Origin: Gemmatimonadaceae bacterium
Lineage (GTDB): Bacteria; Gemmatimonadota; Gemmatimonadetes; Gemmatimonadales; Gemmatimonadaceae
Reading direction: 5' to 3'
Assembly (NCBI GenBank): GCA_040901985.1
Contig: JBBDYC010000008.1
Coordinates: 144,490 to 208,489, forward strand
DNA: 64,000 bases
Positions within the stretch are counted from its first letter, which is position 1. Every line of letters begins with the position of its first letter. Made by a program: the position numbers and the translations under genes. Below are positions 38,573 through 47,684 of this stretch, piece by piece. The notes under the pieces were generated by a model that ran no database searches, was not told the DNA's origin, and worked only from the letters and a program-made list of their open reading frames with translations.

Positions 38573-39655
38573 ATGCGTCTCGCGATCTCCACCGGCGGCG
38601 GCGATGCGCCCGGGCTCAATGCGGTGATCCGCGCCGCCGTCCTCTCGGCGCTCGGACGCGGGTGGACGGTGCTCGGCGTCAAGCGCGGCTACGCCGGGTT
38701 GCTCGGCGAGGACGAGGTGATCCCGATGACCGCCGAGACCGTGCGCGGCATTGCGCACCTCGGCGGGACGATCCTCCGCACGACCAACCGCGGCAATCCG
38801 TTCGCCTTTCCCGTCCGGCAGAAGGACGGTTCGTGGAAGGAGGTGGACCGCTCCGACGAACTCATCGGGAACGCACGCAATCTCGGAATCCAGGCGATGA
38901 TCTCGATCGGCGGCGACGGGTCGCTGGCAATCGCCCAGAAGCTCGTGGACAAGGGGATGCGGATCGTCGGCGTGCCGAAGACGATTGATAACGACGTCGC
39001 GGGCACCGTGACGACGTTCGGCTTCGACACCGCGGTGCAGACGGCGATCGAGGCGATTGACAAGCTGCATACCACGGCGGAGAGCCACGACCGGGTGATG
39101 GTGCTGGAGGTGATGGGCCGCGATGCGGGGTTCATTGCGCTGCATTCCGGCGTATCTGGGACGGCGGACGTGGTGCTGATCCCCGAGATCCCCTGGCGGG
39201 TCGAGCACGTCTGCGACGCGGTGATGGAGCGCGACCGCAGCGGGCGGAAGTTCGCGATCATCGTGGTGGCCGAGGGGGCGCACGAAGACGGCGGCGCGGC
39301 GTCGGTGGTCGGCGAGTCGCTGCCGGGGCAGGAGCGTCGCGTCGGCGGGATTGCCCAACGCCTGGCGCGGACGATCCAGGACCGGACCGGGAAGGAATGC
39401 CGGTCAATGGTGCTCGGGCACCTGCAGCGCGGGGGGATGCCGACCGGGTACGATCGCCTGTTGGCCACGCGGTTCGGCGGCGCCGCCGCGCAGGCGGTGG
39501 CGGACGGGAAATGGGGCCATATGGTCGCGCTGCAGACGCCGAACATCGTCACGGTCCCGATCGCCGAGGCGCTCCGGGAGCCGAAACGGGTGGACCCCTC
39601 GCACGACGTCGTGCAGACGGCACGGCGGCTGGGCATCAGCTTCGGGGACGAATGA
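38573..39655 (+). CDS. pfkA: 6-phosphofructokinase
   Basis: TGGGDAPGLN, GGDGS, PKTIDND, EVMGR, LGHLQRGG. Confidence 0.93.
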   Translation: MRLAISTGGGDAPGLNAVIRAAVLSALGRGWTVLGVKRGYAGLLGEDEVIPMTAETVRGIAHLGGTILRTTNRGNPFAFPVRQKDGSWKEVDRSDELIGNARNLGIQAMISIGGDGSLAIAQKLVDKGMRIVGVPKTIDNDVAGTVTTFGFDTAVQTAIEAIDKLHTTAESHDRVMVLEVMGRDAGFIALHSGVSGTADVVLIPEIPWRVEHVCDAVMERDRSGRKFAIIVVAEGAHEDGGAASVVGESLPGQERRVGGIAQRLARTIQDRTGKECRSMVLGHLQRGGMPTGYDRLLATRFGGAAAQAVADGKWGHMVALQTPNIVTVPIAEALREPKRVDPSHDVVQTARRLGISFGDE

Positions 39656-39726
39656 GTGCCGACCTGATACGTCCGAACGCGCGTTCCCCTCTCGGGTACG
39701 ACCAAATCCCCCATCATCGCGTGCCA

Positions 39727-40152
39727 ATGACCGGACCGTTGCGGAACGCCCTCGTCCTCCTTGCGCTTGCCGCGGCCCCGCTGGCGCTCGGCGCGCAGGG
39801 GAGCACACGGCGACCCGCGCCGCCGCCGACCATCCCTGCACACATGATCCCCCCGGCGGGAAAGTGCCGCATCTGGATGGCGAACGTCGCGCCCGCGCAG
39901 CAGCCGGCGCCGACCGACTGCCAGACCGCGTTGCGCCAGAAACCGTCAGATGGCACCGTGATCTTCGGACCCTCGCCGCGGAGCTCGGATTCCACGGCGT
40001 TCGACTCGAAGCCCGCGCCGCGCCCCGACTCCGCCGCGCGCGACATCACGCTCCGCCCCGACTCCGCCGCGCGCGACACCACGCCGCGTGCGCCGGCCAC
40101 GCCACGCGGCCGCCCGCAGCGCCCCCAACCGCGAGCCCCGGAGCGGCCGTAA
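39727..40152 (+). CDS. Secreted Pro-rich hypothetical protein with a PPxGxCRIW motif
   Basis: Signal peptide; IPAHMIPPAGKCRIWMANVAPAQQPAPTDC; duplicated RPDSAARD. Confidence 0.65.
   Translation: MTGPLRNALVLLALAAAPLALGAQGSTRRPAPPPTIPAHMIPPAGKCRIWMANVAPAQQPAPTDCQTALRQKPSDGTVIFGPSPRSSDSTAFDSKPAPRPDSAARDITLRPDSAARDTTPRAPATPRGRPQRPQPRAPERP
40021..40078 (+). repeat. 25-nt direct repeat with 33-nt period inside a CDS
   Basis: cgccccgactccgccgcgcgcgaca at 40021 and 40054. Confidence 0.8.
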
Positions 40153-42755
40153 GCGACCCCGCGCTCCGCCCCGTCCGCGACCCGTACCTCCCGCCGGACC
40201 ACGACGCCTTCGTGCGCGGCGGCGGTGAGCGCGGACGGATCATCGTCATCGCCCCAACGCGCGCGGCCTGCGAGACGATCGAACTCGGCTTCGGCCTCGA
40301 CATCGAGACGCTGCTCTGGACGACGCGGGGGAGTGACCTGACGGCGCTCGCCACGCGCCTTGCCGTCTCCGACGCTCGCCCGCGCGAGGGATTCGGCATC
40401 GTCGCCGGCACCGGCACCGGCAAGACCCTCGCCGTGAAGCCGATTGCCAGGGCGCTGCTGGCGACCGATGCCCTGCGCGTTGGCGTCGTGAACCGCGAGC
40501 GCGAGGCGACGCCCGAGACGCCGACGTGGAACGTCGTGATCGTCACCACGGGGATCGCGCGCCGGTGGTTCCAGGACGGCGACATCCGGCCGCACGACAC
40601 GCTCGTGGTGGACGAGATCCATCAGACCTCGGCCGAGCTCGAACTCTGCCTGGCGCTGGGCAAGCGCACGGGGTGCCGATTCATCTGGCTCTCCGCCACC
40701 GTGGACCCGAGCTTCTACGCGCGCTACCTGCACGCCGCCGAGGTGATCGAGTCGAGCGCGTTCGACCCCACGCGCGCGGCGCGGGTGGAGGTCGAGCGCA
40801 AGAAGCCGGTGGCGTTCCTCGACGACCGCTTCCTCCAGCGGGCGGTCCGCGAGCGGCGCGGGATCGGCGTCTTCCTGCCGACGCGGGCGGGGGTCGAGGA
40901 AGTCGCCTCGGACGTCGGCGCGCGCCATCCGCGGATGGCGGTCGCGTTCTACCACGGCGGCGAGCCGATCCGCGTGATCCGTCCCTTCCTCGAGGGCGAG
41001 GTGGAGAAGCCCTTCCTCCTTGCGATGACGGCGGCCGGGCAGAGCGCGCTCAACGTGCGGGGCCTCGACACGGTCGTCATAGACGACACGCGTTTTGCCA
41101 ACGTCGTCGAGCAGGGCCGCAATGTGCTGACGCGGCTGCACCTCGGCGCCAACGAGATCCTGCAGATGGCGGGGCGCGTGCACGGGCGGGTGGCCGGCGG
41201 GCGCGTCTTCATCCTCTCCGACCGCGACATCCGGTTCGACCAGCTACGGCCGACGGCGCCGGAGTTCCAGCTCGCCGGCGACTCCGAGCGCGTGGCGCTC
41301 ACCTGCGCCGCGCTCGGCGTGCGGGCCGACGAACTCGACCTCCCTGTGCCGCTCGACAAGCGCTCGTACCGCGAGGCGGTGGCCTTCCTCGAGTCGCGCG
41401 GGATCATCGAGAACGGCCGGTTGACGACCTACGGCAAGGCAGTCGAGGCGATGCCGGTGGACCGTGCCTGGGCCGAGCTGCTGGTGCACTGCGATGACGA
41501 CCTGCTGCCGGTGGTGGCGGTGATGGCGAGCGTGGAGTCGCTGCACCGGATGACGCGCGAGGACCGCGACCTGGCCGGCCTGGTCGTGGCGGGGAGCGAC
41601 CACCTCACCACGTACAACGTTTACGCCGAGGCGTACACGAAATGCGGTTTCCTCGGTGAGGTGTATGGCCTGCCGCGCCAGCTCTTCGATCCGAGCATCG
41701 AGCGGTGGGCCGAGGGACGCGGCGTGCTGGTCAAGGCGATCGAGGACTCGGCGCTGGCGATGGCGAGCATCTACCGGTCGGTCGGGCTACCGCTGCCGCA
41801 GGCGATGCCGCGGACGACGTCGGCGGTGGAGCGGCGGTTCATCGCGCTGCTCGCGCGGATCCAGCCGTTTGCGCTGGTGATTGACGAGGAGACGGCCACC
41901 GGCGACGAGGCGCGGGTCTCGAAGACGAGCGTCTGCGGGAGCTGGGGGGCGGTTGCCGGCACGCTGCGCTACTTCGCCGACAAGTTCGGCGTGCCGCGGG
42001 CGGCAATCGAGGGCACGCAAATCCCGCGCGACCTCGTGCGCGAGCACGCCACGGTCCACGCGCCGCGGCTGGTGTACGATGGCGCGCACCGGGACCGTCC
42101 GCTCGCGCTCGAGCGCCGGGTGACGTACTTCGGGTTCGAGCTGGAGCGCGAACGCACGCCGGTCTCGACGTTCCCGCCGGGGATGGAAGACGCGGCGCGG
42201 CGCACCCTCGCCGAGGCCTTGGCGCGTGGCGAGGCGCACCACGCGGCGGTGATGCGCAACCGGGCGCCGATTGACGAGGTGCGCGAGGTCTGGCGGCGCA
42301 GCGGCGGCACCACGCCGCGACTGGCGCAGGCCGAGCTCGCGGCCTGGTACGATTCCGCACTCGCCGGGGTCGCCGACCTCGACGGATTCCGCGCCGCGCC
42401 GCTCCGGTTCGACCCCGACGCGTTCGTCCCGGCGGCCGATCGCGCACGTTGGATGGCGCTCCCCGGGGCCGCCGAGGTGCGCGACCGCACCGTGACGCTG
42501 CACTACGAGGTGGAGGAGGACGCCGACGGCGCGCGCGGGGTGGTACGGCTGCAGATGCCGGAGAAGTTGGCGCGCACGCTGGTCGAGGAGGAACTCCCTG
42601 CGCTCGACCGGCCGCTGCGCTTCGCGGTCAGCCGTGGGGCGCGCGGCACCGTGAAGGGGAATTCGCTCGGCGAGGTGCAGGCGATGCTGCAGGAGCCGTT
42701 TACGCCGCAGGAGAAGCAGCGCGGACCTCAACGCGGCAAGCGGCGCCGGCGCTAG
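40149..42755 (+). CDS. DEAH/HrpB-like SF2 helicase
   Basis: AGTGTGKT, DEIH, LSAT, FLPT, QMAGRVHGR. Start uncertain (in-frame GTA 40149 or GTG 40212). Confidence 0.85.
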   Translation, partial: VSDPALRPVRDPYLPPDHDAFVRGGGERGRIIVIAPTRAACETIELGFGLDIETLLWTTRGSDLTALATRLAVSDARPREGFGIVAGTGTGKTLAVKPIARALLATDALRVGVVNREREATPETPTWNVVIVTTGIARRWFQDGDIRPHDTLVVDEIHQTSAELELCLALGKRTGCRFIWLSATVDPSFYARYLHAAEVIESSAFDPTRAARVEVERKKPVAFLDDRFLQRAVRERRGIGVFLPTRAGVEEVASDVGARHPRMAVAFYHGGEPIRVIRPFLEGEVEKPFLLAMTAAGQSALNVRGLDTVVIDDTRFANVVEQGRNVLTRLHLGANEILQMAGRVHGRVAGGRVFILSDRDIRFDQLRPTAPEFQLAGDSERVALTCAALGVRADELDLPVPLDKRSYREAVAFLESRGIIENGRLTTYGKAVEAMPVDRAWAELLVHCDDDLLPVVAVMASVESLHRMTREDRDLAGLVVAGSDHLTTYNVYAEAYTKCGFLGEVYGLPRQLFDPSIERWAEGRGVLVKAIEDSALAMASIYRSVGLPLPQAMPRTTSAVERRFIALLARIQPFALVIDEETATGDEARVSKTSVCGSWGAVAGTLRYFADKFGVPRAAIEGTQIPRDLVREHATVHAPRLVYDGAHRDRPLALERRVTYFGFELERERTPVSTFPPGMEDAARRTLAEALARGEAHHAAVMRNRAPIDEVREVWRRSGGTTPRLAQAELAAWYDSALAGVADLDGFRAAPLRFDPDAFVPAADRARWMALPGAAEVRDRTVTLHYEVEEDADGARGVVRLQMPEKLARTLVEEELPALDRPLRFAVSRGARGTVKGNSLGEVQAMLQEPFTPQEKQRGPQRGKRRRR

Positions 42756-42765
42756 GCGAGACGGC

Positions 42766-43398
42766 TCAGCCGCGCCGCCGGGCGCGCTTGGCCTTGGCCC
42801 GATTGCCGCAACTGCGCATATCGCACCACCGGCGCGTGCGGGAGCGCGTGACGTCAATGAAGACGCGTGGACAGCGACGGTCGGCGCAGTTGTGGATCCG
42901 CACGAGTTCGCCGCGCACCAGCGTGTCCACCGCCGACTCGATGACCGGGATCACCAGTCCACTGAAGGCGTCGCCGACGGGGACGAAGCTGCGCGCATAG
43001 CCGCCGTCGGGGAGCGCCTCGACGCGCCGCGTGCCGACCGAGCGGCCGAGGACGCGGTTGATCTCCTCGAGCGCGGCCTCGCGCGCCCGTTCGCCCTGGT
43101 CGGTGCGGCCGCGCTCGGCGAGCGCGCGGAGGGCTGCGCGGACGCGTCGGGCGTCCACCAGCGCCGCCGTCGCGCCCGACGGCTGCTCGAGCGCGCGGCG
43201 CTGGAGCGCGGCGGCACGTTCGGTGTCCACCACGCGCGCCGCGGCGAGCCAGCCCACGAACCGCTCGAACGATCCGATCGTATCGTGACGGACGCCGAGG
43301 CGCGCGTCGTCGGTGTTGACGAAGTCGAGCCAGAGGCGGCCGCCGACGAAGACGAAGGGCGGCGCGCCGAACGTGGCTCGCTGACGGGGGCGCGGCAT
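42766..43398 (-). CDS. ABATE/CGNR zinc-finger protein
   Basis: LWLDFVNT; CADRRC...RRWCDMRSCGNRAK. Confidence 0.9.
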   Translation of the reverse strand: MPRPRQRATFGAPPFVFVGGRLWLDFVNTDDARLGVRHDTIGSFERFVGWLAAARVVDTERAAALQRRALEQPSGATAALVDARRVRAALRALAERGRTDQGERAREAALEEINRVLGRSVGTRRVEALPDGGYARSFVPVGDAFSGLVIPVIESAVDTLVRGELVRIHNCADRRCPRVFIDVTRSRTRRWCDMRSCGNRAKAKRARRRG

Positions 43399-43454
43399 CG
43401 GGCGAAGATAGCGTCGCGCGCCCCGGTCCGGCGGGACCGCTCGCCGGCGCGACG

Positions 43455-44372
43455 CTACGCCTTCGGTGGCCGCAGCACGAGGGTCGGGCGAAGTCCGGAG
43501 CGGATCAACTTGTCGGCGACGGACCCGAGGAGGAACCGCGACAGCCCACGCCCTTGCGTGGCCACGGCAATGCAGTCGGGGTCCGTTTCCTTGATGTGGT
43601 CGAGCACGGCGCGGGTCGGCGAGAGCTCCACGCGCACGGTGGCGTGGGTGATCAGGCCGGCCGCCTCGAGCTCGCGTGCCACGACATCGAGTTCCGCCTT
43701 GGCCCGCGCCGCCGAGATGTCCACGCCGTACGGGTCGGGCGTGTCGGCGGCGAGCGCCGAGACGACATCGCCCGGCACATAGGGCGAGATGGCGCGCACG
43801 AGGTCCACCTGTGCGCCGAAGAGGACGGCGAGGGCGCGGGCGACGGGGAGGATCGCGGCGGCGTTGTCGCTGCCGTCGAGCGTGACCATGATGCGCCGCG
43901 GCGTGAACGGGACGTCGGCGCGCGCGTCGTTGGCCGGCAGGGCGAGCACCGGACGGTGCGAATGGCGGATGACGGCATCGGTGATGGACCCGAGCCACGC
44001 CGGGGCGAAGCCGCCGGCGCCGTGGGTGGTCATCACAATCAGGTCGGCAGCGATTTCGTCGGCGACCTGCGTGATCAGTCCCGCCGGGCTCCCGTCCTCG
44101 ACGTGGGCGGTCACGGGGAGTCCCCCGTCGGCGCCGAGTCGCGACGCCCGCGCCGTCAGGTACTGCCGTGCCCGCTCGCGCAGGGAATCGTCGGCGCGCA
44201 GCATATCCTGCGTCATGATGCCCTCGGCGGTGGCGCCGACGATGGCGAGCGGGGTGTGCGCCCGGACAAGGTGAACCGCTCCCTCGGCGCGACGGGCGAT
44301 GTCGAGGGCGATCGGCAGCGCACGCTCGGCGAGCGATGAGCCATCAAGCGGGACGAGGACGGTCTTGAGCAT
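43455..44372 (-). CDS. Tandem-domain universal stress protein
   Basis: VLVPLDGS, MTTHGAGG..LGS; second domain LDGS, ATQGRG..LLGSVA. Confidence 0.9.
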   Translation of the reverse strand: MLKTVLVPLDGSSLAERALPIALDIARRAEGAVHLVRAHTPLAIVGATAEGIMTQDMLRADDSLRERARQYLTARASRLGADGGLPVTAHVEDGSPAGLITQVADEIAADLIVMTTHGAGGFAPAWLGSITDAVIRHSHRPVLALPANDARADVPFTPRRIMVTLDGSDNAAAILPVARALAVLFGAQVDLVRAISPYVPGDVVSALAADTPDPYGVDISAARAKAELDVVARELEAAGLITHATVRVELSPTRAVLDHIKETDPDCIAVATQGRGLSRFLLGSVADKLIRSGLRPTLVLRPPKA

Positions 44373-44490
44373 CTGAACCTCCGGGCGGGAATGCGGGGCG
44401 GGGTGACCGTGGCCCGCCCCACCATGGTACCATTCTAGCCCGGCGATGGCCGTCGGTGATACTCCCCACCCCTTGTCAGGTGACCCCTCA

Positions 44491-44925
44491 GTGAGCGTGC
44501 CCGGCCCACTCCCCTACCGTGTGCAGGAACGTGTGCGCTGGAGCGACTGCGACCCGCTCGGCATCATCTACTACGGCGCCTTCATCCGGTTCTTCGAGGC
44601 GGCCGAGCACGAGATGTTCCGGGCGGCGGGGCTGCCCTACGAGGTGATGCGCGTCCAGCGCCACGTCCAGCTGCCGCGCAAGGCGTTCGCGATGGAGTTC
44701 CACTCGCCGGCGCAGATGGATGAGCTGCTCGATGTCGAGGTCGGCGTGACGCGCATCGGCGAGACGTCCATCACGATGCGCTTCGAGGCCTACCGGGCAT
44801 CGGACCGCGCACACCGGGCGACGGCCACGCTGACCGTCGTCTGCGTCGAGAAGGAGTCCATCACGAAGCGGCCGCTGCCGGACTTCGTGAAGGAGGCGCT
44901 CAGGGCGTACCTGGTCCCGGCGTGA
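44491..44925 (+). CDS. Acyl-CoA thioesterase (4HBT/YbgC hot-dog fold)
   Basis: RVRWSDCDPLGIIYYG...FFEAAE. Start at 44446 or 44491. Confidence 0.85.
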   Translation: MSVPGPLPYRVQERVRWSDCDPLGIIYYGAFIRFFEAAEHEMFRAAGLPYEVMRVQRHVQLPRKAFAMEFHSPAQMDELLDVEVGVTRIGETSITMRFEAYRASDRAHRATATLTVVCVEKESITKRPLPDFVKEALRAYLVPA

Positions 44926-46378
44926 CCGGTGTGCCGACGCCTGGCGTGAGGGAGCGGCTGTTGGCCTCCATCGCGCGGCTCACGCGCCGCTGCAGCCGCT
45001 GGAGCCCGTCGTAGGCGGCGTACTTGAAGGCGTCGCTGAGGGTCGGATAGTTGAAGACGCTCTGGATGAAATAGTCGAGTGTGCCCTCGAACTGGAGCAC
45101 CGCGGCGGGGATGTGGATCAGCTCGCAGGCGCCCTCGCCCATCACGCTGGCGCCGACCAGGCGTTGGTCGCCGACCCGAAAGATGAGCTTCACGAACCCC
45201 TCCGTGTCGCCGATGATCTGGCCGCGCGGGTTGCCGCGGAACGACGCCTTTCCCACCTCGACCTTGAGTCCCTTGGCGCGTGCCTCGTCCTCGCCGAGGC
45301 CGACGGTGGCGATCTCGGGGACGGTCCAGACACCGTACGGCAGGATTGTCGAGACCTGCGTCTTATAGCGGAGGTCGAAGGCGTGGCACATCGCCACCCG
45401 CCCCTGTTCCATCCCGGTGCTGGCGAGGGCGGGAAAGCCGACGACGTCGCCGGCGGCGTAGATGTGCGGCGTGGAGGTGGTGTAGTTGGCGTCCACGGTG
45501 ACGAAGCCGCGTGCGTTGGCCTTCACGCCGGCCGCCTCGAGCCCGAGATCGCCGGTATTTCCCTCGCGGCCGGCGCAGTAGAGCACGCAGTCGGCGGCGA
45601 GCTCGCGGCCGTCGCCGAGGACGACGGTCGCCACGTCACCGTCGACCCGGACCCCGCTGACCGCCGCGTCGAGCACCACCTGGACGCCGAGCCGGCGGGT
45701 CATCTCGTTGCGGAGGGCGTCGGAGAGGTCGGCGTCGAGCTGCATCAGCAGCCGCTCCCGGCTGTTGATCAGCGTGACCCGCACGCCGAGCGCGGCGAAG
45801 ATGCCGGCGTACTCGCAGCCAATCACGCCGCCGCCGATCACGACCAGCCGCCGCGGGATGGCGGTCAGCGAGAGGACGTCGTCGCTGTCCACGACGATTC
45901 GGCCGTCGAACGGGATCTCCGGCGGATGCGACGGGCGCGATCCGGTCGCGAGCAGGAAGACGTCGGCGGTGATGCGGCGCTCGGGCTGCTTGTAGCGGGC
46001 GACCTCCACGGTGTGGGGATCCACGAACCGCGCCGCGCCCTGCACCCGGGCGATGCCGTGCCGCTCGAGATTCTGCTCGATCATCAGCCAGGCCTGCTCG
46101 ACCACCGCGCGCTCCCGGTGCATGAAGTCGCCGATCGTGATGTCGGCCTTCACCCGGTACTCGACGCCGTAGAGCCCGCGCTGGCGGAGGCCGCTCAGGT
46201 ACAGCGCCGTCTCGCGCAGGGTCTTCGAGGGGATCGTGCCGGTGTTGACCGCGGCGCCGCCCGGCTTGGGGGCGCGTTCGATCAGGCAGACGGACTTGCC
46301 GAAATAGGCGACCTGGGCGGCGCCCTTCTCGCCAGCCGGTCCGCTTCCGATCACGCAGAGGTCGTAGTGCTCGGCCAT
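44900..46378 (-). CDS. sthA: Soluble pyridine nucleotide transhydrogenase
   Basis: IGSGPAGE, TGTIPSKTLRE (no redox Cys pair), GGGVIGCE, FNYPTL. Confidence 0.9.
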   Translation of the reverse strand: MAEHYDLCVIGSGPAGEKGAAQVAYFGKSVCLIERAPKPGGAAVNTGTIPSKTLRETALYLSGLRQRGLYGVEYRVKADITIGDFMHRERAVVEQAWLMIEQNLERHGIARVQGAARFVDPHTVEVARYKQPERRITADVFLLATGSRPSHPPEIPFDGRIVVDSDDVLSLTAIPRRLVVIGGGVIGCEYAGIFAALGVRVTLINSRERLLMQLDADLSDALRNEMTRRLGVQVVLDAAVSGVRVDGDVATVVLGDGRELAADCVLYCAGREGNTGDLGLEAAGVKANARGFVTVDANYTTSTPHIYAAGDVVGFPALASTGMEQGRVAMCHAFDLRYKTQVSTILPYGVWTVPEIATVGLGEDEARAKGLKVEVGKASFRGNPRGQIIGDTEGFVKLIFRVGDQRLVGASVMGEGACELIHIPAAVLQFEGTLDYFIQSVFNYPTLSDAFKYAAYDGLQRLQRRVSRAMEANSRSLTPGVGTPVTPGPGTP

Positions 46379-46449
46379 AGCGCGAAAAAGTAGGGCCCGC
46401 GACGCCGGAGCGCGAGGCGGTCGCCCCCCCATCGCCTTATCTTTCCCGG

Positions 46450-47658
46450 ATGACGCCCGAGTCCACGTACTTCCGGAAGGGGTTCGGCCTGAAGGCCGAG
46501 GTGCAGGAGACCCTGACCACCGACTACGACGGCCAGCTCGTGGACCTCCTCCTCGCGCGGGACCACACGCTCGAGGCGGGGCCGGTCACGATCCGGCTGG
46601 CCAAGGAGTTCGGCTTCTGCTACGGCGTCGAACGGGCGGTGGAGTACGCCTACCAGACGCGGGCCAAGTTCCCCGACAGGCGGATCTACCTGGCCGGCGA
46701 GATCATCCACAATCCGCACGTGAATGCCAAGCTGCGCGAGATGGGGATCATCTTCCTCGCGCCAAGCGACACGGGGTTCGACTACACCGCCGTGCAGCCG
46801 GAGGACGTGGTGATCCTGCCGGCGTTCGGCGTGACGATCCACGACTTCGAGACGCTGCGCGCCAAGGGGTGCGTGATGGTGGACACGACCTGCGGATCGG
46901 TCCTCAATGTCTGGAAGCGCGTCGAGGCGTACGCCCGTGACGGGTTCACCTCGCTGATCCACGGCAAGTACTACCACGAGGAGACCCGGGCGACGGCGTC
47001 GCAGGTGGAGAAGCATCCCGACGGCACCTACCTCGTGGTGCGGGACATGGCACAGGCCGAGGACGTGATGGCGTACCTCGAGGGGCGCGGCGACCGCACG
47101 GCCTTCCTGGCGAAGTACGCGCACGCGGCGAGTCCGCATTTTGACCCCGAAGTGCACCTGCGGCGGATCGGCGTCGCCAACCAGACGACGATGCTGGCGC
47201 GCGAGTCGCTGGCGATCGGCGAGGCGATCGGTGCGGCGATGGAGCGCACCCACGGGGCGGAACACCGCGCGGCGAACTTCCGGACCTTCGACACGATCTG
47301 CAGCGCGACGCAGGACCGGCAGGACGCGGTGAACGCGTTGCTCACGGAGCCACTCGACGTGATGCTGGTGATCGGGGGCTACAACTCGAGCAACACGATC
47401 TCGCTGGCGGCGCTCTGCGCCGAGCGCGTGCGGACCTTCCACGTCGAGGATGCGGCGGGGATCGATCCGGCGCGGGGCGTCGTGCGGCACCGCGACCTCG
47501 CCACGGCCACGGAGGTCGAGACCGCCGATTGGATCGCGGCGCCGGGTCCGATCCGGATCGGCATCACCGCCGGGGCGAGCACGCCGAACAACAAGATCGG
47601 CGAGGCGGTGGCGCGGGTGCTGATGACGCGCGGCGTGGACTTGGCCGCAATCGTCTGA
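46450..47658 (+). CDS. ispH: 4-hydroxy-3-methylbut-2-enyl diphosphate reductase
   Basis: GFCYGV, IIHN, DTTC, HEE, TICSATQDRQ, SSN, TAGASTP. Confidence 0.95.
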   Translation: MTPESTYFRKGFGLKAEVQETLTTDYDGQLVDLLLARDHTLEAGPVTIRLAKEFGFCYGVERAVEYAYQTRAKFPDRRIYLAGEIIHNPHVNAKLREMGIIFLAPSDTGFDYTAVQPEDVVILPAFGVTIHDFETLRAKGCVMVDTTCGSVLNVWKRVEAYARDGFTSLIHGKYYHEETRATASQVEKHPDGTYLVVRDMAQAEDVMAYLEGRGDRTAFLAKYAHAASPHFDPEVHLRRIGVANQTTMLARESLAIGEAIGAAMERTHGAEHRAANFRTFDTICSATQDRQDAVNALLTEPLDVMLVIGGYNSSNTISLAALCAERVRTFHVEDAAGIDPARGVVRHRDLATATEVETADWIAAPGPIRIGITAGASTPNNKIGEAVARVLMTRGVDLAAIV

Positions 47659-47684
47659 GCGCGCGCCCTGCGGATGTCCCACGC

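Noticed and set aside
39351..40148. N-terminal extension making the helicase 1134 aa
   Set aside because: It overlaps pfkA and the 39727-40152 gene in other frames and is Arg/Pro/Ala-rich noise.
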